From contig JBJDYU010000013.1 in assembly GCA_051867615.1 (NCBI GenBank), positions 4,863 to 68,862 of the forward strand: a stretch of 64,000 nucleotides of DNA, given 5' to 3'. This DNA comes from Oscillospiraceae bacterium. Lineage in GTDB: Bacteria; Bacillota; Clostridia; Oscillospirales; Oscillospiraceae. Both the position numbers and the translations under genes were made by a program. The notes beneath the pieces were generated by a model. It made no database searches, was not told the origin of the DNA, and saw only the letters and a program-made list of their open reading frames with translations. This document shows positions 35,778-45,667 of this stretch, piece by piece (within the stretch, counting starts at the first letter, position 1; the number at the start of each line of letters is the position of its first letter).

Positions 35778-36884
35778 TTGAAAAAACGTCTCTGCGCCGC
35801 GGCTTTGCTGCTGTGCCTGCTGCTGACGCTTGGCAGCGCCACGCTGGAGGGCCATGCCGCCACGGTCTATTTCACCGCCTCCAACGACACGCTGCTGGAG
35901 CTCTCCGACGAGACCATGCCCTTTTGGAGCGGCGGCCTGTTCTACGTCCCCGTCTCCGCCTTCTGCAGCGGCGGTCTGGGCGTCTCGGAGTCCTACAACG
36001 CCCCCAAAAAGACGCTGACGCTCCGCCGCTCCGGTTACCGGCTCATCTGCAACCTCTCCTCCGGCATGACGGTAGACAGCGACGGCATCATCTATGAGTT
36101 CACCGCGCTGGAGAAGGGCAGCGTTCTTTTCCTGCCCATCAACCAGGTCTGCCATATTTTTGGCTTCAGCTGCTCGATCCGCAGCGTCCCCAACGGCTAT
36201 CTCGTGCGCATCCGCAACGAAAGCGCCGCCTTTTCCGACGAAGCCTTCATTGCCAACGCCTCCGCCATGCTCGCCAGCCGCTACGCCAGCTATGAGGCCG
36301 CGAAAAAGCCCGCCGAGGAGGAGAAACCTCCCGCCCAGGCGGCGGAGGAGGACGGAGTGCTGTACCTGGGCTTCACGGTGCGCTCCGCCGAAACGGCGGA
36401 GAAATGGCTGGAGGTATGCAGCGGCACGGAGCATCACGCCACTTTCTTCCTGGCGGAGGACTTCCTTGCCCATGAAGACGCGGAAGCGGCGGCGGGCATT
36501 GTCCGCCGCATTCTGGCGGAGGGGCACAACCTGGGCCTCGCCAGCGCCGGATCGGGCGCCGCGGCGGCACTGGCGGAGCTGCAAAGCGGCAACGAAGCGC
36601 TGGCGGCAATGGCCTGCGTGAAGACCCGGCTGGCCGCCTTCGCCAAGAGCGTCTCGGCGGAGGCCGCGGCCGGGGAGGGCTACTGTGCCGTGGGCTTCGA
36701 CCTCTCCTGCGCGGGAGAAACGGAGCTGTCCGCCGCCGACATTTCCCGCCTGCTGAACGCCGCCGGCTCCGACGCGCGGCTCGATCTGGGGGATTCCCTC
36801 AGCGCCGCCTCCCTGCGACTCCTGCTCAGCCGTGCCGAAGCGCGCGGCTACACGGGCCAGTGCTTCCGGGAGACCGCGTATTGA
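35778..36884 (+). CDS. Secreted protein with N-terminal stalk-like domain and polysaccharide-deacetylase-like C-terminal region
   Basis: TTG at 35778, 6 nt after AAGGAGGG, gives the signal peptide MKKRLCAAALLLCLLLTLGSA. VLFLPINQVCHIFGF resembles the copper-amine-oxidase N-terminal-like fold. The HHATFFL segment is only weakly NodB-like. Confidence 0.6.
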   Translation: MKKRLCAAALLLCLLLTLGSATLEGHAATVYFTASNDTLLELSDETMPFWSGGLFYVPVSAFCSGGLGVSESYNAPKKTLTLRRSGYRLICNLSSGMTVDSDGIIYEFTALEKGSVLFLPINQVCHIFGFSCSIRSVPNGYLVRIRNESAAFSDEAFIANASAMLASRYASYEAAKKPAEEEKPPAQAAEEDGVLYLGFTVRSAETAEKWLEVCSGTEHHATFFLAEDFLAHEDAEAAAGIVRRILAEGHNLGLASAGSGAAAALAELQSGNEALAAMACVKTRLAAFAKSVSAEAAAGEGYCAVGFDLSCAGETELSAADISRLLNAAGSDARLDLGDSLSAASLRLLLSRAEARGYTGQCFRETAY

Positions 36885-36975
36885 CCGTCTGTACCGTCTC
36901 TCCGCGCTTCTGTCGCGGGGAGGCGTCCCTGTAACCATCCACATAAAAACAGAACGAAACGGGAGTATGAAAAGT

Positions 36976-37677
36976 ATGGCAAGAGACATTCTGGTCGTGG
37001 AAGACGACCCCAATATCGTGGAGCTGATCCGTATGTATCTGGACAAGGAGGGCTTCGGCGTCCGCATCGCCATGGACGGCGGCAAGGCGGTGGAGGAATT
37101 CCAGAAAAAAGAGCCGGACCTGATGCTGCTGGATATCATGCTGCCGGTGATGGACGGCTGGGGCGTCTGCGCCAAGGTGCGGGAGACCTCCCGGGTGCCC
37201 ATCATCATGCTGACGGCGAAAAGCGAGGTCTTCGACCGCATCCACGGACTGGAGATGGGGGCGGACGATTATCTCGTCAAGCCCTTTGAGATGAAGGAGC
37301 TTATCGCCCGCATCAACGCAGTGCTGCGCCGCACGGAGATCCCGGAGGACACGCGCAAGCGTCTGGTCTTCGACAAGCTCGTTATCGACCTGGACTCCTA
37401 CGAGCTGGTGGTGGACGGCAAAAAGATCGACACACCCCCCAAGGAGCTGGAGCTGCTGTACCATCTGGCCGCCACGCCCAACCGGGTCTACACCCGCAAC
37501 CAGCTGCTGGACGAGGTCTGGGGCTTCGATTACTTCGGCGACTCCCGCACGGTGGACGTCCACATCAAGCGCCTGCGGGAAAAGGTGGAAAACGTGTCCG
37601 ACCAGTGGGCGCTGCGCACGGTGTGGGGCGTGGGCTATAAGTTCGAGCTGCTGGGCGGCTCTCAAAGCGCCAAATGA
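36976..37677 (+). CDS. OmpR-family response regulator
   Basis: MARDILVVEDDPNIVELI, LLDIMLPVMDG, VHIKRLREKV...VWGVGYKF. An alternative ATG is at 36967. Confidence 0.88.
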   Translation: MARDILVVEDDPNIVELIRMYLDKEGFGVRIAMDGGKAVEEFQKKEPDLMLLDIMLPVMDGWGVCAKVRETSRVPIIMLTAKSEVFDRIHGLEMGADDYLVKPFEMKELIARINAVLRRTEIPEDTRKRLVFDKLVIDLDSYELVVDGKKIDTPPKELELLYHLAATPNRVYTRNQLLDEVWGFDYFGDSRTVDVHIKRLREKVENVSDQWALRTVWGVGYKFELLGGSQSAK

Positions 37678-39140
37678 ACATGAAAAAGAACGCACAGAAG
37701 CCCTCCGCGGAGCGCCCCCCTTTCCGGAGCCTGTACTGGCGGCAGCTGGCCCTGACGCTGGGCATGGTGCTGCTGACACTGGTGCTGCTGGGTCTGGGCT
37801 TCTTCGCCATGAGCTATAACTATGTCCGCTCCGCCACCGCGGACACCATGCGGAAAAACGCGGAGGTGGTGGCGCAGATCGCCTCCAACTACATCCAGGA
37901 CGGCCGGATCTCCCAGAATCAGGATTTCCATATGCTGGCCAGCTTCGCCAGCTCCGCCGCCGACAACGACTTTCTCATCTGCGCCGTGGACGGCACGGCC
38001 CTGCTCACCACAGACGACTCTCAGGCGGGCAAGAGCTTCTGCCTGCCCGACGAGATACTGCAGAGCGTGCTGCGGGAGGGCGAATACAGCGGCACCGGCA
38101 CTCTCAGCGGCGTCTATGAGGTCAAGCAGTTCGTGGTGGCCCTGCCCATCCTCTCGCCCGAGGGGGACACCGTCACCGGCATCGCCGTGGCGCTGACGGA
38201 CGCCTCCTCCCTCACCTCGCTCTGGCGGGCAGCGCTGGCGCTGTTCTGGCTCGCCGGCGTGACCGTTCTGGTCATCGCCTTCCTCGCCACCTCCTACACC
38301 ACCATGCAGCAGGTGCAGCCCATCCACGCCATGGTGCAGGCCACCCGCCGCTACGCCGGCGGCAATTTCGACACCCGGATGTACGACTACGGCCGCACCG
38401 ACGAGATCGGCGAGCTGGCCGCCTCCTTCAACGCCATGGCGGACACGCTGCAGCAGACGGAGCAGCAGCGGCGGGAATTCATCGCCAATATCTCCCATGA
38501 GCTGAAGACCCCCATGACCACCATCGCGGGCTACACCGACGGCATTCTGGACGGCACCATCCCGCCGGAGAAGCAGGAGCATTACCTGCGCATCATCTCC
38601 GACGAGAGCCGCCGCCTCTCCCGTCTGGTGCGGCGGATGCTGGAGGTGTCGCAGCTGCAGTCTCTGGATCTGGCCCACGAGAAAAAGCAGTTCGACGTGT
38701 GCGAAAGTATGCGCCGCGCCATCATCTCCATGGAGCATAAGATCCGCCAGAGGGGACTGGACGTGGACGTGCAGATGCCCGACGAGCCTACGCTGGTGCT
38801 GGGAGACACCGACCTCATCACGCAGGTCATCTATAATCTGCTGGAGAACGCCGCCAAGTTCGCCACGCCCGCCTCCACGCTCTGTCTCGGCATCAGCGAG
38901 CAGAACGACAAGGCCCTCGTTTTCGTGCGCAACCACGGCGACACCATCCCGGCGGAGGAGATCCCCCACCTGTTCGAGCGCTTCCACAAGAGCGACAAAT
39001 CCCGCAGCGAGGACAAGGACGGCGTGGGACTGGGCCTGTATGTGGTCAAGACGATTTTGGAGCAGCACGGGGAGAAGATCGTGGTCACCAGCGAAAACGG
39101 CCTGACCACCTTCACCTTCACGCTGCAGCTTGCCAAGTAA
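37674..39140 (+). CDS. Sensor histidine kinase (TM-sensor-TM-HAMP-HisKA-HATPase)
   Basis: SHELKTPMTTIAGY, NLLENAAKF, DGVGLGLYVV. ATGA overlap with the regulator gene. Confidence 0.9.
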   Translation: MNMKKNAQKPSAERPPFRSLYWRQLALTLGMVLLTLVLLGLGFFAMSYNYVRSATADTMRKNAEVVAQIASNYIQDGRISQNQDFHMLASFASSAADNDFLICAVDGTALLTTDDSQAGKSFCLPDEILQSVLREGEYSGTGTLSGVYEVKQFVVALPILSPEGDTVTGIAVALTDASSLTSLWRAALALFWLAGVTVLVIAFLATSYTTMQQVQPIHAMVQATRRYAGGNFDTRMYDYGRTDEIGELAASFNAMADTLQQTEQQRREFIANISHELKTPMTTIAGYTDGILDGTIPPEKQEHYLRIISDESRRLSRLVRRMLEVSQLQSLDLAHEKKQFDVCESMRRAIISMEHKIRQRGLDVDVQMPDEPTLVLGDTDLITQVIYNLLENAAKFATPASTLCLGISEQNDKALVFVRNHGDTIPAEEIPHLFERFHKSDKSRSEDKDGVGLGLYVVKTILEQHGEKIVVTSENGLTTFTFTLQLAK

Positions 39141-39150
39141 AGGAGAGAGC

Positions 39151-40395
39151 ATGAACCTATTGGAAAACGACCCCCGGGAAGTGACGCTCTGCTACGGCGG
39201 AGCGCAGGAGGTGGTGGAGATCTACCGGCAGGAAACACCCCTGCCTGAGCCTCCCGGCCGTCCGAAAGCGGAGACGGCGCCGCAGCACCGCAGACGCCGC
39301 AAACGGGGACTTATCATCTTTCTCGCCCTGATGGCGCTGCTGGCCGTCGTGGTGGCGGTCAGCTGGAGCCTTGCGCCCCGGCAGGAAAGCAGCTCCCACG
39401 GCGCGGAGATCGCGGAGGAGAGCGGCGAGCCCTGCACCATCCCCCTGTACGAGGGGGATGAGACGGCGGAGATGACCCTCGCGGCCCCGGAGGGGCCCAC
39501 CCTCTCCGCTCAGGAGATCTACCAGCGCGTCAACCCCGCCGTGGTGACGGTCATCGGGCAGCTGGAGGGCAAGCAGAGCGTCGGCACCGGCGTCATCTTC
39601 TCGGAAAACGGCTTTATTCTCACCAACGCCCACGTCATCGAGGGCTGCTCCGCCTGCTTTGTGGTACTGGCGGAGGGTGGCTATCCCTTCGAGGCCACGC
39701 TGGTGGGCTATGACAGCGGCGAGGACTTAGCAGTGCTGAAGATCGAGGGGGACGGCGTATCCTTCCCCACGGTGTGCTTCGGCGACTCTGACGCCCTCTG
39801 GGTGGGCGAGCCGGTGTACGCCATCGGCAACCCTCTGGGCGTGGACCTGCGGGGCACCTTCACCAGCGGCATGGTCTCCGGCCTGAGCCGGGAGATCAGC
39901 GTGGACGGCGTAACGCTGTGCCTGCTGCAGACCGACGCGGCGCTGAACAACGGCAACTCCGGCGGCCCCCTCATCAACGAGCGGGGCCAGGTCATCGGCA
40001 TCAACACGGCGAAGATGCAGTCCGCCTACTCCAATGTGGAGGGCATCGGCTTCGCCATCCCCACCGCCGACGCGCAGAAGAAGGTCAACGACCTCATCCG
40101 CTACGGCGAGGTCCAGCCCTCCCCCGTGGTGGGCATCACCGTGGCGCCCCTGGCGGAGTGGACGGCGGACGGCCACGGCGGACTGGAGGTCTGGGAGGTC
40201 ACGCCCGGCGGAGGCGGAGACCTGGCGGGCATTCAGGTGGGCGACGTGGTCATCCGGGCCGACGGCCAGCAGCTGATGGAAAACGACGACCTGATCGCCA
40301 TCCGCGACACACATCAGGTGGGCGACACGCTGACGCTGGATATCTGCCGGGGTGGCGAGCACTTCACCGCCGAGGTCGTCCTGCAGGAGGGCTGA
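39151..40395 (+). CDS. HtrA/DegP-family serine protease with PDZ domain
   Basis: TNAHV, GNSGGPLIN, membrane anchor, C-terminal PDZ. AAGGAG RBS. RR-HK-HtrA order as in CssRS-type secretion-stress modules. Confidence 0.9.
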   Translation: MNLLENDPREVTLCYGGAQEVVEIYRQETPLPEPPGRPKAETAPQHRRRRKRGLIIFLALMALLAVVVAVSWSLAPRQESSSHGAEIAEESGEPCTIPLYEGDETAEMTLAAPEGPTLSAQEIYQRVNPAVVTVIGQLEGKQSVGTGVIFSENGFILTNAHVIEGCSACFVVLAEGGYPFEATLVGYDSGEDLAVLKIEGDGVSFPTVCFGDSDALWVGEPVYAIGNPLGVDLRGTFTSGMVSGLSREISVDGVTLCLLQTDAALNNGNSGGPLINERGQVIGINTAKMQSAYSNVEGIGFAIPTADAQKKVNDLIRYGEVQPSPVVGITVAPLAEWTADGHGGLEVWEVTPGGGGDLAGIQVGDVVIRADGQQLMENDDLIAIRDTHQVGDTLTLDICRGGEHFTAEVVLQEG

Positions 40396-40742
40396 TACTG
40401 ATATTTGATGAAATTTTCATCAAATATCCCGCGTGCTGCGCGCGCTCGCATCGTGCATTCGCACGCTGCGCCGTCTGCTGTGCATAGATATCCGTAGGGC
40501 GGCAAAGCCGTCAACGGCTATCGCATCATAAAAATTTGTACTAGAAAATCTTAGTGGCTTTGCCACTTAGATTTTCTGCATACAGAACGACTAAGCGGCA
40601 GAGCCGCTAAGTCGTTCTTGTAACGGGCTTCGCCCTCAGGGAGGAACCAGTGGTACACTGGTGACGGAAGTGCAGCCCGCGCCGCAGCGCGGGACTGTAT
40701 AAAAATCTTTTAAAGGTTTTTATCAAATTTTAGTATGATACT
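40393..40742. repeat. Long copy of the modular hairpin element (element C)
   Basis: Four blocks collinear with 54608-54753 plus three hairpin-cassette insertions (40477-40526, 40539-40622, 40637-40698). TGATACT is present at both ends (40393-40399 and 40736-40742). Confidence 0.7.
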
Positions 40743-40783
40743 TCCCTCCCCGGCGAAACACACCGAAGAAGGAGACTGCCGCC

Positions 40784-42079
40784 ATGAAGATCAAGACGAA
40801 GTCCCTCTCCTATGAGGAGGTCATGGCCCTCCCGCGTCCGAAGCGCAAGCTGCCCGTCCGTCCGAGTCTCCTGCTGCGCACCCTGCTGCGTCTGGCTTCG
40901 GAGATAGAACTGCGGCAGGTGGGCTTCACCTGCACGCACAGCCGCCTGGAGGCGGCGGGAGACGGCCCCTGGCTCGTGCTCATGAACCATTCCAGCTTCA
41001 TCGACCTGGAGATCGCGGAAAAACTGCTCTATCCCCGGCCCTTCAGCATCGTCTGCACCTCCGACGGCTTCGTGGGCAAGGAGTGGCTCATGCGGCAGCT
41101 GGGCTGCATCCCCACGCAGAAGTTCGTGACGGACGTACAGCTCATCGGCGATATGCGCTGCGCGCTGCAGGAAAAGGGCTGCAGCGTGCTGATGTATCCC
41201 GAGGCGAGCTACAGCTTCGACGGCCGCCCCACCCCCCTGCCCCGCAAGCTGGGTATGCTGCTGAAAAAGCTGGACGTGCCGGTGGTGACCATTCTCACCA
41301 AAGGCGCGTTCTCCCGGGACCCCCTGTATAACGGCCTGCAAAAGCGGCGGGTGCCCGTGAGCGCCCACATCTCCTGCCTGCTGACCCGCGAGGAGATACG
41401 GGAGAAGTCCGTGGCCGAGCTGGACGCGGCGCTGGACGGAGCCTTCACCTTCGACAACTTTGCCTGGCAGTATGAAAACCGGGTGGAGATCACGGAGCCT
41501 TTCCGGGCGGACGGGCTGAACCGCATTCTCTACCGCTGCGCCCGCTGCGGGGAGGAGGGCGGCATGGAGGGCAGAAAGACTATGCTCACCTGCCGCCGCT
41601 GCGGCAAGCGCTATACCTTGACAGCTCTTGGACGGCTACAGGCGGAGGAGGGAGAGACGGAGTTCCCCCACATCCCCGACTGGTACGCCTGGGAGCGGCA
41701 GCAGGTGCGCAAGGCGCTGCTGGACGGCTCCTACCGGCTGGAGGCGGAGGTGGACATCGGCATGATGGTGGACTTCAAGGCCATCTACATGGTGGGCTCC
41801 GGCCACCTGACCCACGATCTCGGCGGCTTCACGCTGACGGGCTGCGAGGGGAAGCTCCAGTACCATCAGGGGCCGCTGGCCTCCTATGGGCTGTACTCCG
41901 ACTACTTCTGGTATGAGCTGGGCGACGTGATCTGCATTGGCAACAGTGACCGGCTCTATTACTGCTTCCCCAAGGGCGGAGACGTGGTGGCCAAGACCCG
42001 CATGGCGGCGGAGGAGCTGTATAAGCTCTATAAATCCCGCGTCCTGACCCCGCCGAAGCGCGCCGCGCAGGAAGCATGA
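40784..42079 (+). CDS. PlsC-type acyltransferase fused to a C-terminal zinc-ribbon-containing domain
   Basis: HX4D motif NHSSFID, YPEASYSFDGR, CARCG-N14-CRRCG. GGAG RBS. Confidence 0.8.
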   Translation: MKIKTKSLSYEEVMALPRPKRKLPVRPSLLLRTLLRLASEIELRQVGFTCTHSRLEAAGDGPWLVLMNHSSFIDLEIAEKLLYPRPFSIVCTSDGFVGKEWLMRQLGCIPTQKFVTDVQLIGDMRCALQEKGCSVLMYPEASYSFDGRPTPLPRKLGMLLKKLDVPVVTILTKGAFSRDPLYNGLQKRRVPVSAHISCLLTREEIREKSVAELDAALDGAFTFDNFAWQYENRVEITEPFRADGLNRILYRCARCGEEGGMEGRKTMLTCRRCGKRYTLTALGRLQAEEGETEFPHIPDWYAWERQQVRKALLDGSYRLEAEVDIGMMVDFKAIYMVGSGHLTHDLGGFTLTGCEGKLQYHQGPLASYGLYSDYFWYELGDVICIGNSDRLYYCFPKGGDVVAKTRMAAEELYKLYKSRVLTPPKRAAQEA

Positions 42080-42090
42080 AACGGTATAGT

Positions 42091-42135
42091 AACGCCCCGG
42101 CGGAGTTGCTCCGCCGGGGCGTTTGTCGTATTTTT
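42091..42135. terminator. Bidirectional terminator between the acyltransferase gene and dnaE
   Basis: AACGCCCCGGCGG-N7-CCGCCGGGGCGTT followed by TGTCGTATTTTT. Confidence 0.75.
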
Positions 42136-42141
42136 CAGGGG

Positions 42142-45100
42142 TCAGCGCAGCACCACGTTTTCCTCCCCCAACACCTCTTTCAGCTCCGCGAGGAAGGAGG
42201 GATAGATAAGGCAGCGGCTCCCCAGGAGCTTGCCCGTGTCCGCGACGCGGATTTTGAGCGTGTTCTCCCCCTCGAACATCTGCAGCAGCAGCTGCACCCG
42301 CCGCATCTCAGGGCTGTCCACCGAGGGCACCCGCAGATACAGCGTCCGCCGGTCCGCCGGCTGTTCCTCCTCCGGCGGCAGTTCTTCGTCCCCGGCGGCC
42401 TCCAGCGGCTCCGCATAGTCGCACATGAGCTGCGGTGCCTTTTCCTCCCGCACGGAGAGCCGGCCCCGGGCCAGGATGACCTGCCCCTCCCGGAGGTAGC
42501 TGCCGCAGCTCTCCAGCGTCCTGCTGAAGCAGAGCATCTCCATGGAGCCGGCGCCGTCCTCCACCGTGACATAGGCCATGAGGGAGTTGTTCTTGGTGGT
42601 CTTGGTCTTGCTGGAGGTCACCACCCCCGCGATGGCCAGACGCTGGCCGTCGCAAAAGCGGGAGGGGCCGCTCTCGTCCGCGAAATCCTCCGCGATGGCG
42701 TGGAGCGGCACGGCGCCTTTGGCCTTGGCGAGCGCCCGGCAGCTGTCCATGGGATGGCCGGAGATGTAGAGGCCCACGGCCTCCTTCTCCTTGCTCATCA
42801 GGTGCTGCCGCGTGAACTCCGGCACGTCCGGCAGGGCGATGCCGGTCTTTTTCTTTTCCGACGCGCCGCCGCCGAAGAGGTCAAACTGCCCCTTCACATT
42901 CTGCCGGCGGTCCGCCGCGATGCTGTCAAGCAGCCGCTCGTAGACGGCGATGAGCTGGGAGCGGCGCGCGCCCAAGCTGTCGAAAGCCCCGGCGTAGATC
43001 AGGTTCTCCAGCGCGCGCTTGTTCATTTCGCTCTCGATCATGCGCTCGCAGAAGTCCTGGAAGGAGGCGAAGGGGCCGCCCCTCTCCCGCTCCCGCACGA
43101 GGGTCTGGATAAAGCCCCGGCCGATGTTCTTGATGGCCACCAGGCCGAAGCGGATGCCCTCCTCCTCCACGGTGAAGCTGTCGCGGGAGCGGTTCACGTC
43201 CGGCGGCAGGATGGGGATGCCGCAGTCCTTGCACTCGGCGATATACTCCCCCACCTTGTCGCTGCTATCCAGCACGGAGGACAGCAGCGCCGCCATGTAC
43301 TCCCGGGGGAAATGGCACTTGAAATACGCCGTCTGATAGGCCACCACCGCGTAAGCCACGGCGTGGGCCTTGTTGAAGGCGTAGTTGGCGAAATCGTAGA
43401 TCTCCTGATAGATGGCCTCCGCCGTGGCCTCCGGGATGCCGTTCGCCACGCAGCCCGCGATGCCGCGTTCCTTGTCGCCGTGGATGAAGGCTTCCTTCTC
43501 CTTTTGGATCTGGGCCGCCTTCTTCTTCGAGATGGCACGGCGCACCATGTCCGCCTGGCCCAGAGAGTAGCCGCCGAGCTGCTGGAAGATCTGGATGACC
43601 TGCTCCTGATACACGATGCAGCCGTAGGTGACGGAGAGGATCGGCTCCAGAGACGGGTGTTTATAGGTGACCAGTTTGGGGTTCTGGGAACAGGCGATGA
43701 AGCGCGGAATGGACTCCATGGGGCCGGGACGGTACAGGGCGATGACGGCGGTGATGTCCTCGATGCTCTTGGGCTTCAGCCCCACGCAGACGCCGGTCAT
43801 GCCGGCGGATTCGATCTGGAACACGCCGCAGGTCTCGCCCCGGGAGATCATCCGGAAGGTCTCCTGGTCGTCCTCCGGGATATCCTCCAGCCGGAAATCC
43901 GGCAGCCGCTGGCGCACCAGCTTCACCGCGTCGTCCAGCACCGTCAGGTTCCGCAGGCCCAGAAAGTCCATCTTGAGCAGGCCCAGCTGCTCCAGCGTGG
44001 TCATGGGATACTGGCAGACCGTGGCGTCCTCGTTCCGGGACAGCGGCACATAGGTGTACACCGGGTCCTTCGTGATGACCACGCCCGCCGCGTGGGTGGA
44101 GGCGTGCCGGGGCATCCCCTCGAGCGCCCGGGCGGTATCGATGAGGCGGCGCACCTTCTCGTCCTGCTCGTACATATCCGAGAGGGGCTTCGAAAGCTTC
44201 AGCGCGTCGTCCAGCGTGATGTGCAGGGCCATGGGGACCTGCTTTGCCACCGCGTCCACCTCGGCGTAGGGGATGTTCATGACGCGGCCCACGTCCCGGA
44301 TGGCGCCCCGGGCGGCCATGGTGCCGAAGGTAACGATCTGGGCCACACGGTCGTCGCCGTACTTCCGGCGGACATAGTCCACCACCTCGCCCCGGCGGGT
44401 GTCGCCGAAGTCCATGTCGATATCGGGCATGGAGACGCGCTCGGGATTCAGGAAGCGCTCGAAGTACAGGCTGTACTTCATGGGGTCGATGTCCGTGATA
44501 TGCAGGCAGTAGGACACCATGGAGCCGGCGGCGCTGCCGCGGCCGGGGCCCACAGGGATCCCCTGGCTCTTGGCGTAGCGCACAAAGTCGCTGACGATGA
44601 GGAAATAGTCCGTAAAGCCCATGCGGGAGATCATGTCGATCTCATACTGAAGCTGCCTGCGGTACTCCGGCTTCGCGCCGCCGTAGCGCTCACGGAAGCC
44701 CTGTTCGCACAGGTCTTTAAGATATACAAGGGAATCCGTGTAGCCCTCCGGCAGAGGAAACTCCGGCAGATGGTACTTGCCGAAGGTGAACTCCACGTTG
44801 CAGCGCTCCGCGATCCTGCCGGTGTTTTCCACCGCCTCCGGGTACTCCGGGAACAGGGCCGCCATCTCCTCCGTGGAGCGGAGGTAGAAATTCCGCGGCT
44901 CATAGCGCATACGGTTTTCGTCGTCCACGGTCTTGCCCGTCTGGATGCAGAGCAGCACGTCGTGGCTCTCCGCGTCCTCCTTGCGGAGGTAGTGGGCGTC
45001 GTTGGTGACGACGAGGGGGATGCCGGTCTCGGCATGGATGCGGAGGATGCCCCGGTTCACCTCCCGCTGCTCCTCGATGCCGTGGTCCTGCAGCTCGAGA

Positions 45101-45618
45101 TAGAAGTTCCCCTCCCCGAAAAGCTCCCGCATCTCCAGCGCGTAGGCTTTGGCCCCGGCGTAATCCCCGGCGCGGAGGCGGCGCGGGATCTCGCCCGCAA
45201 GGCAGGCGGAGAGGGCGATGAGCCCGCCGTGGTGCTGCCGCAGCAGCTCCATATCCACCCGGGGCTTGATGTAAAAGCCCTCCACCCAGGCCATGGACAC
45301 CATGTAGGACAGGTTCCGGTAGCCCTCCTCGTTTTCGCAGAGGAGCACCAGATGGCGGCTCTCGGAATCGAACTCGTGTACCTTGTCAAAGCGGCTGCGG
45401 CCCTGGGGCGTCACATACACCTCGCAGCCGATGACGGGCTTCACGCCCTCGTCCAGACAGGCGCGGTAGAAGTCGATGACGCCGTACATGACGCCGTGGT
45501 CCGTGATGGCCACCGCCGTCTGTCCCAGCTCATGCACGCGCCTGGCAAGGTCGCGGATGCGGCAGGCGCCGTCCAGGAGGCTGTATTCCGTATGGACATG
45601 CAGATGGGCAAAGGACAT
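42142..45618 (-). CDS. dnaE: DNA polymerase III alpha subunit (DnaE type)
   Basis: PHP domain HLHVHTEYSLLDG. 1158 aa with polymerase core and OB-fold. Confidence 0.96.
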   Translation of the reverse strand: MSFAHLHVHTEYSLLDGACRIRDLARRVHELGQTAVAITDHGVMYGVIDFYRACLDEGVKPVIGCEVYVTPQGRSRFDKVHEFDSESRHLVLLCENEEGYRNLSYMVSMAWVEGFYIKPRVDMELLRQHHGGLIALSACLAGEIPRRLRAGDYAGAKAYALEMRELFGEGNFYLELQDHGIEEQREVNRGILRIHAETGIPLVVTNDAHYLRKEDAESHDVLLCIQTGKTVDDENRMRYEPRNFYLRSTEEMAALFPEYPEAVENTGRIAERCNVEFTFGKYHLPEFPLPEGYTDSLVYLKDLCEQGFRERYGGAKPEYRRQLQYEIDMISRMGFTDYFLIVSDFVRYAKSQGIPVGPGRGSAAGSMVSYCLHITDIDPMKYSLYFERFLNPERVSMPDIDMDFGDTRRGEVVDYVRRKYGDDRVAQIVTFGTMAARGAIRDVGRVMNIPYAEVDAVAKQVPMALHITLDDALKLSKPLSDMYEQDEKVRRLIDTARALEGMPRHASTHAAGVVITKDPVYTYVPLSRNEDATVCQYPMTTLEQLGLLKMDFLGLRNLTVLDDAVKLVRQRLPDFRLEDIPEDDQETFRMISRGETCGVFQIESAGMTGVCVGLKPKSIEDITAVIALYRPGPMESIPRFIACSQNPKLVTYKHPSLEPILSVTYGCIVYQEQVIQIFQQLGGYSLGQADMVRRAISKKKAAQIQKEKEAFIHGDKERGIAGCVANGIPEATAEAIYQEIYDFANYAFNKAHAVAYAVVAYQTAYFKCHFPREYMAALLSSVLDSSDKVGEYIAECKDCGIPILPPDVNRSRDSFTVEEEGIRFGLVAIKNIGRGFIQTLVRERERGGPFASFQDFCERMIESEMNKRALENLIYAGAFDSLGARRSQLIAVYERLLDSIAADRRQNVKGQFDLFGGGASEKKKTGIALPDVPEFTRQHLMSKEKEAVGLYISGHPMDSCRALAKAKGAVPLHAIAEDFADESGPSRFCDGQRLAIAGVVTSSKTKTTKNNSLMAYVTVEDGAGSMEMLCFSRTLESCGSYLREGQVILARGRLSVREEKAPQLMCDYAEPLEAAGDEELPPEEEQPADRRTLYLRVPSVDSPEMRRVQLLLQMFEGENTLKIRVADTGKLLGSRCLIYPSFLAELKEVLGEENVVLR

Positions 45619-45667
45619 ACGCCGTCCCTCCTTTCACTGAATCCGGCGACTGCGCCGCCGGCGGCGC

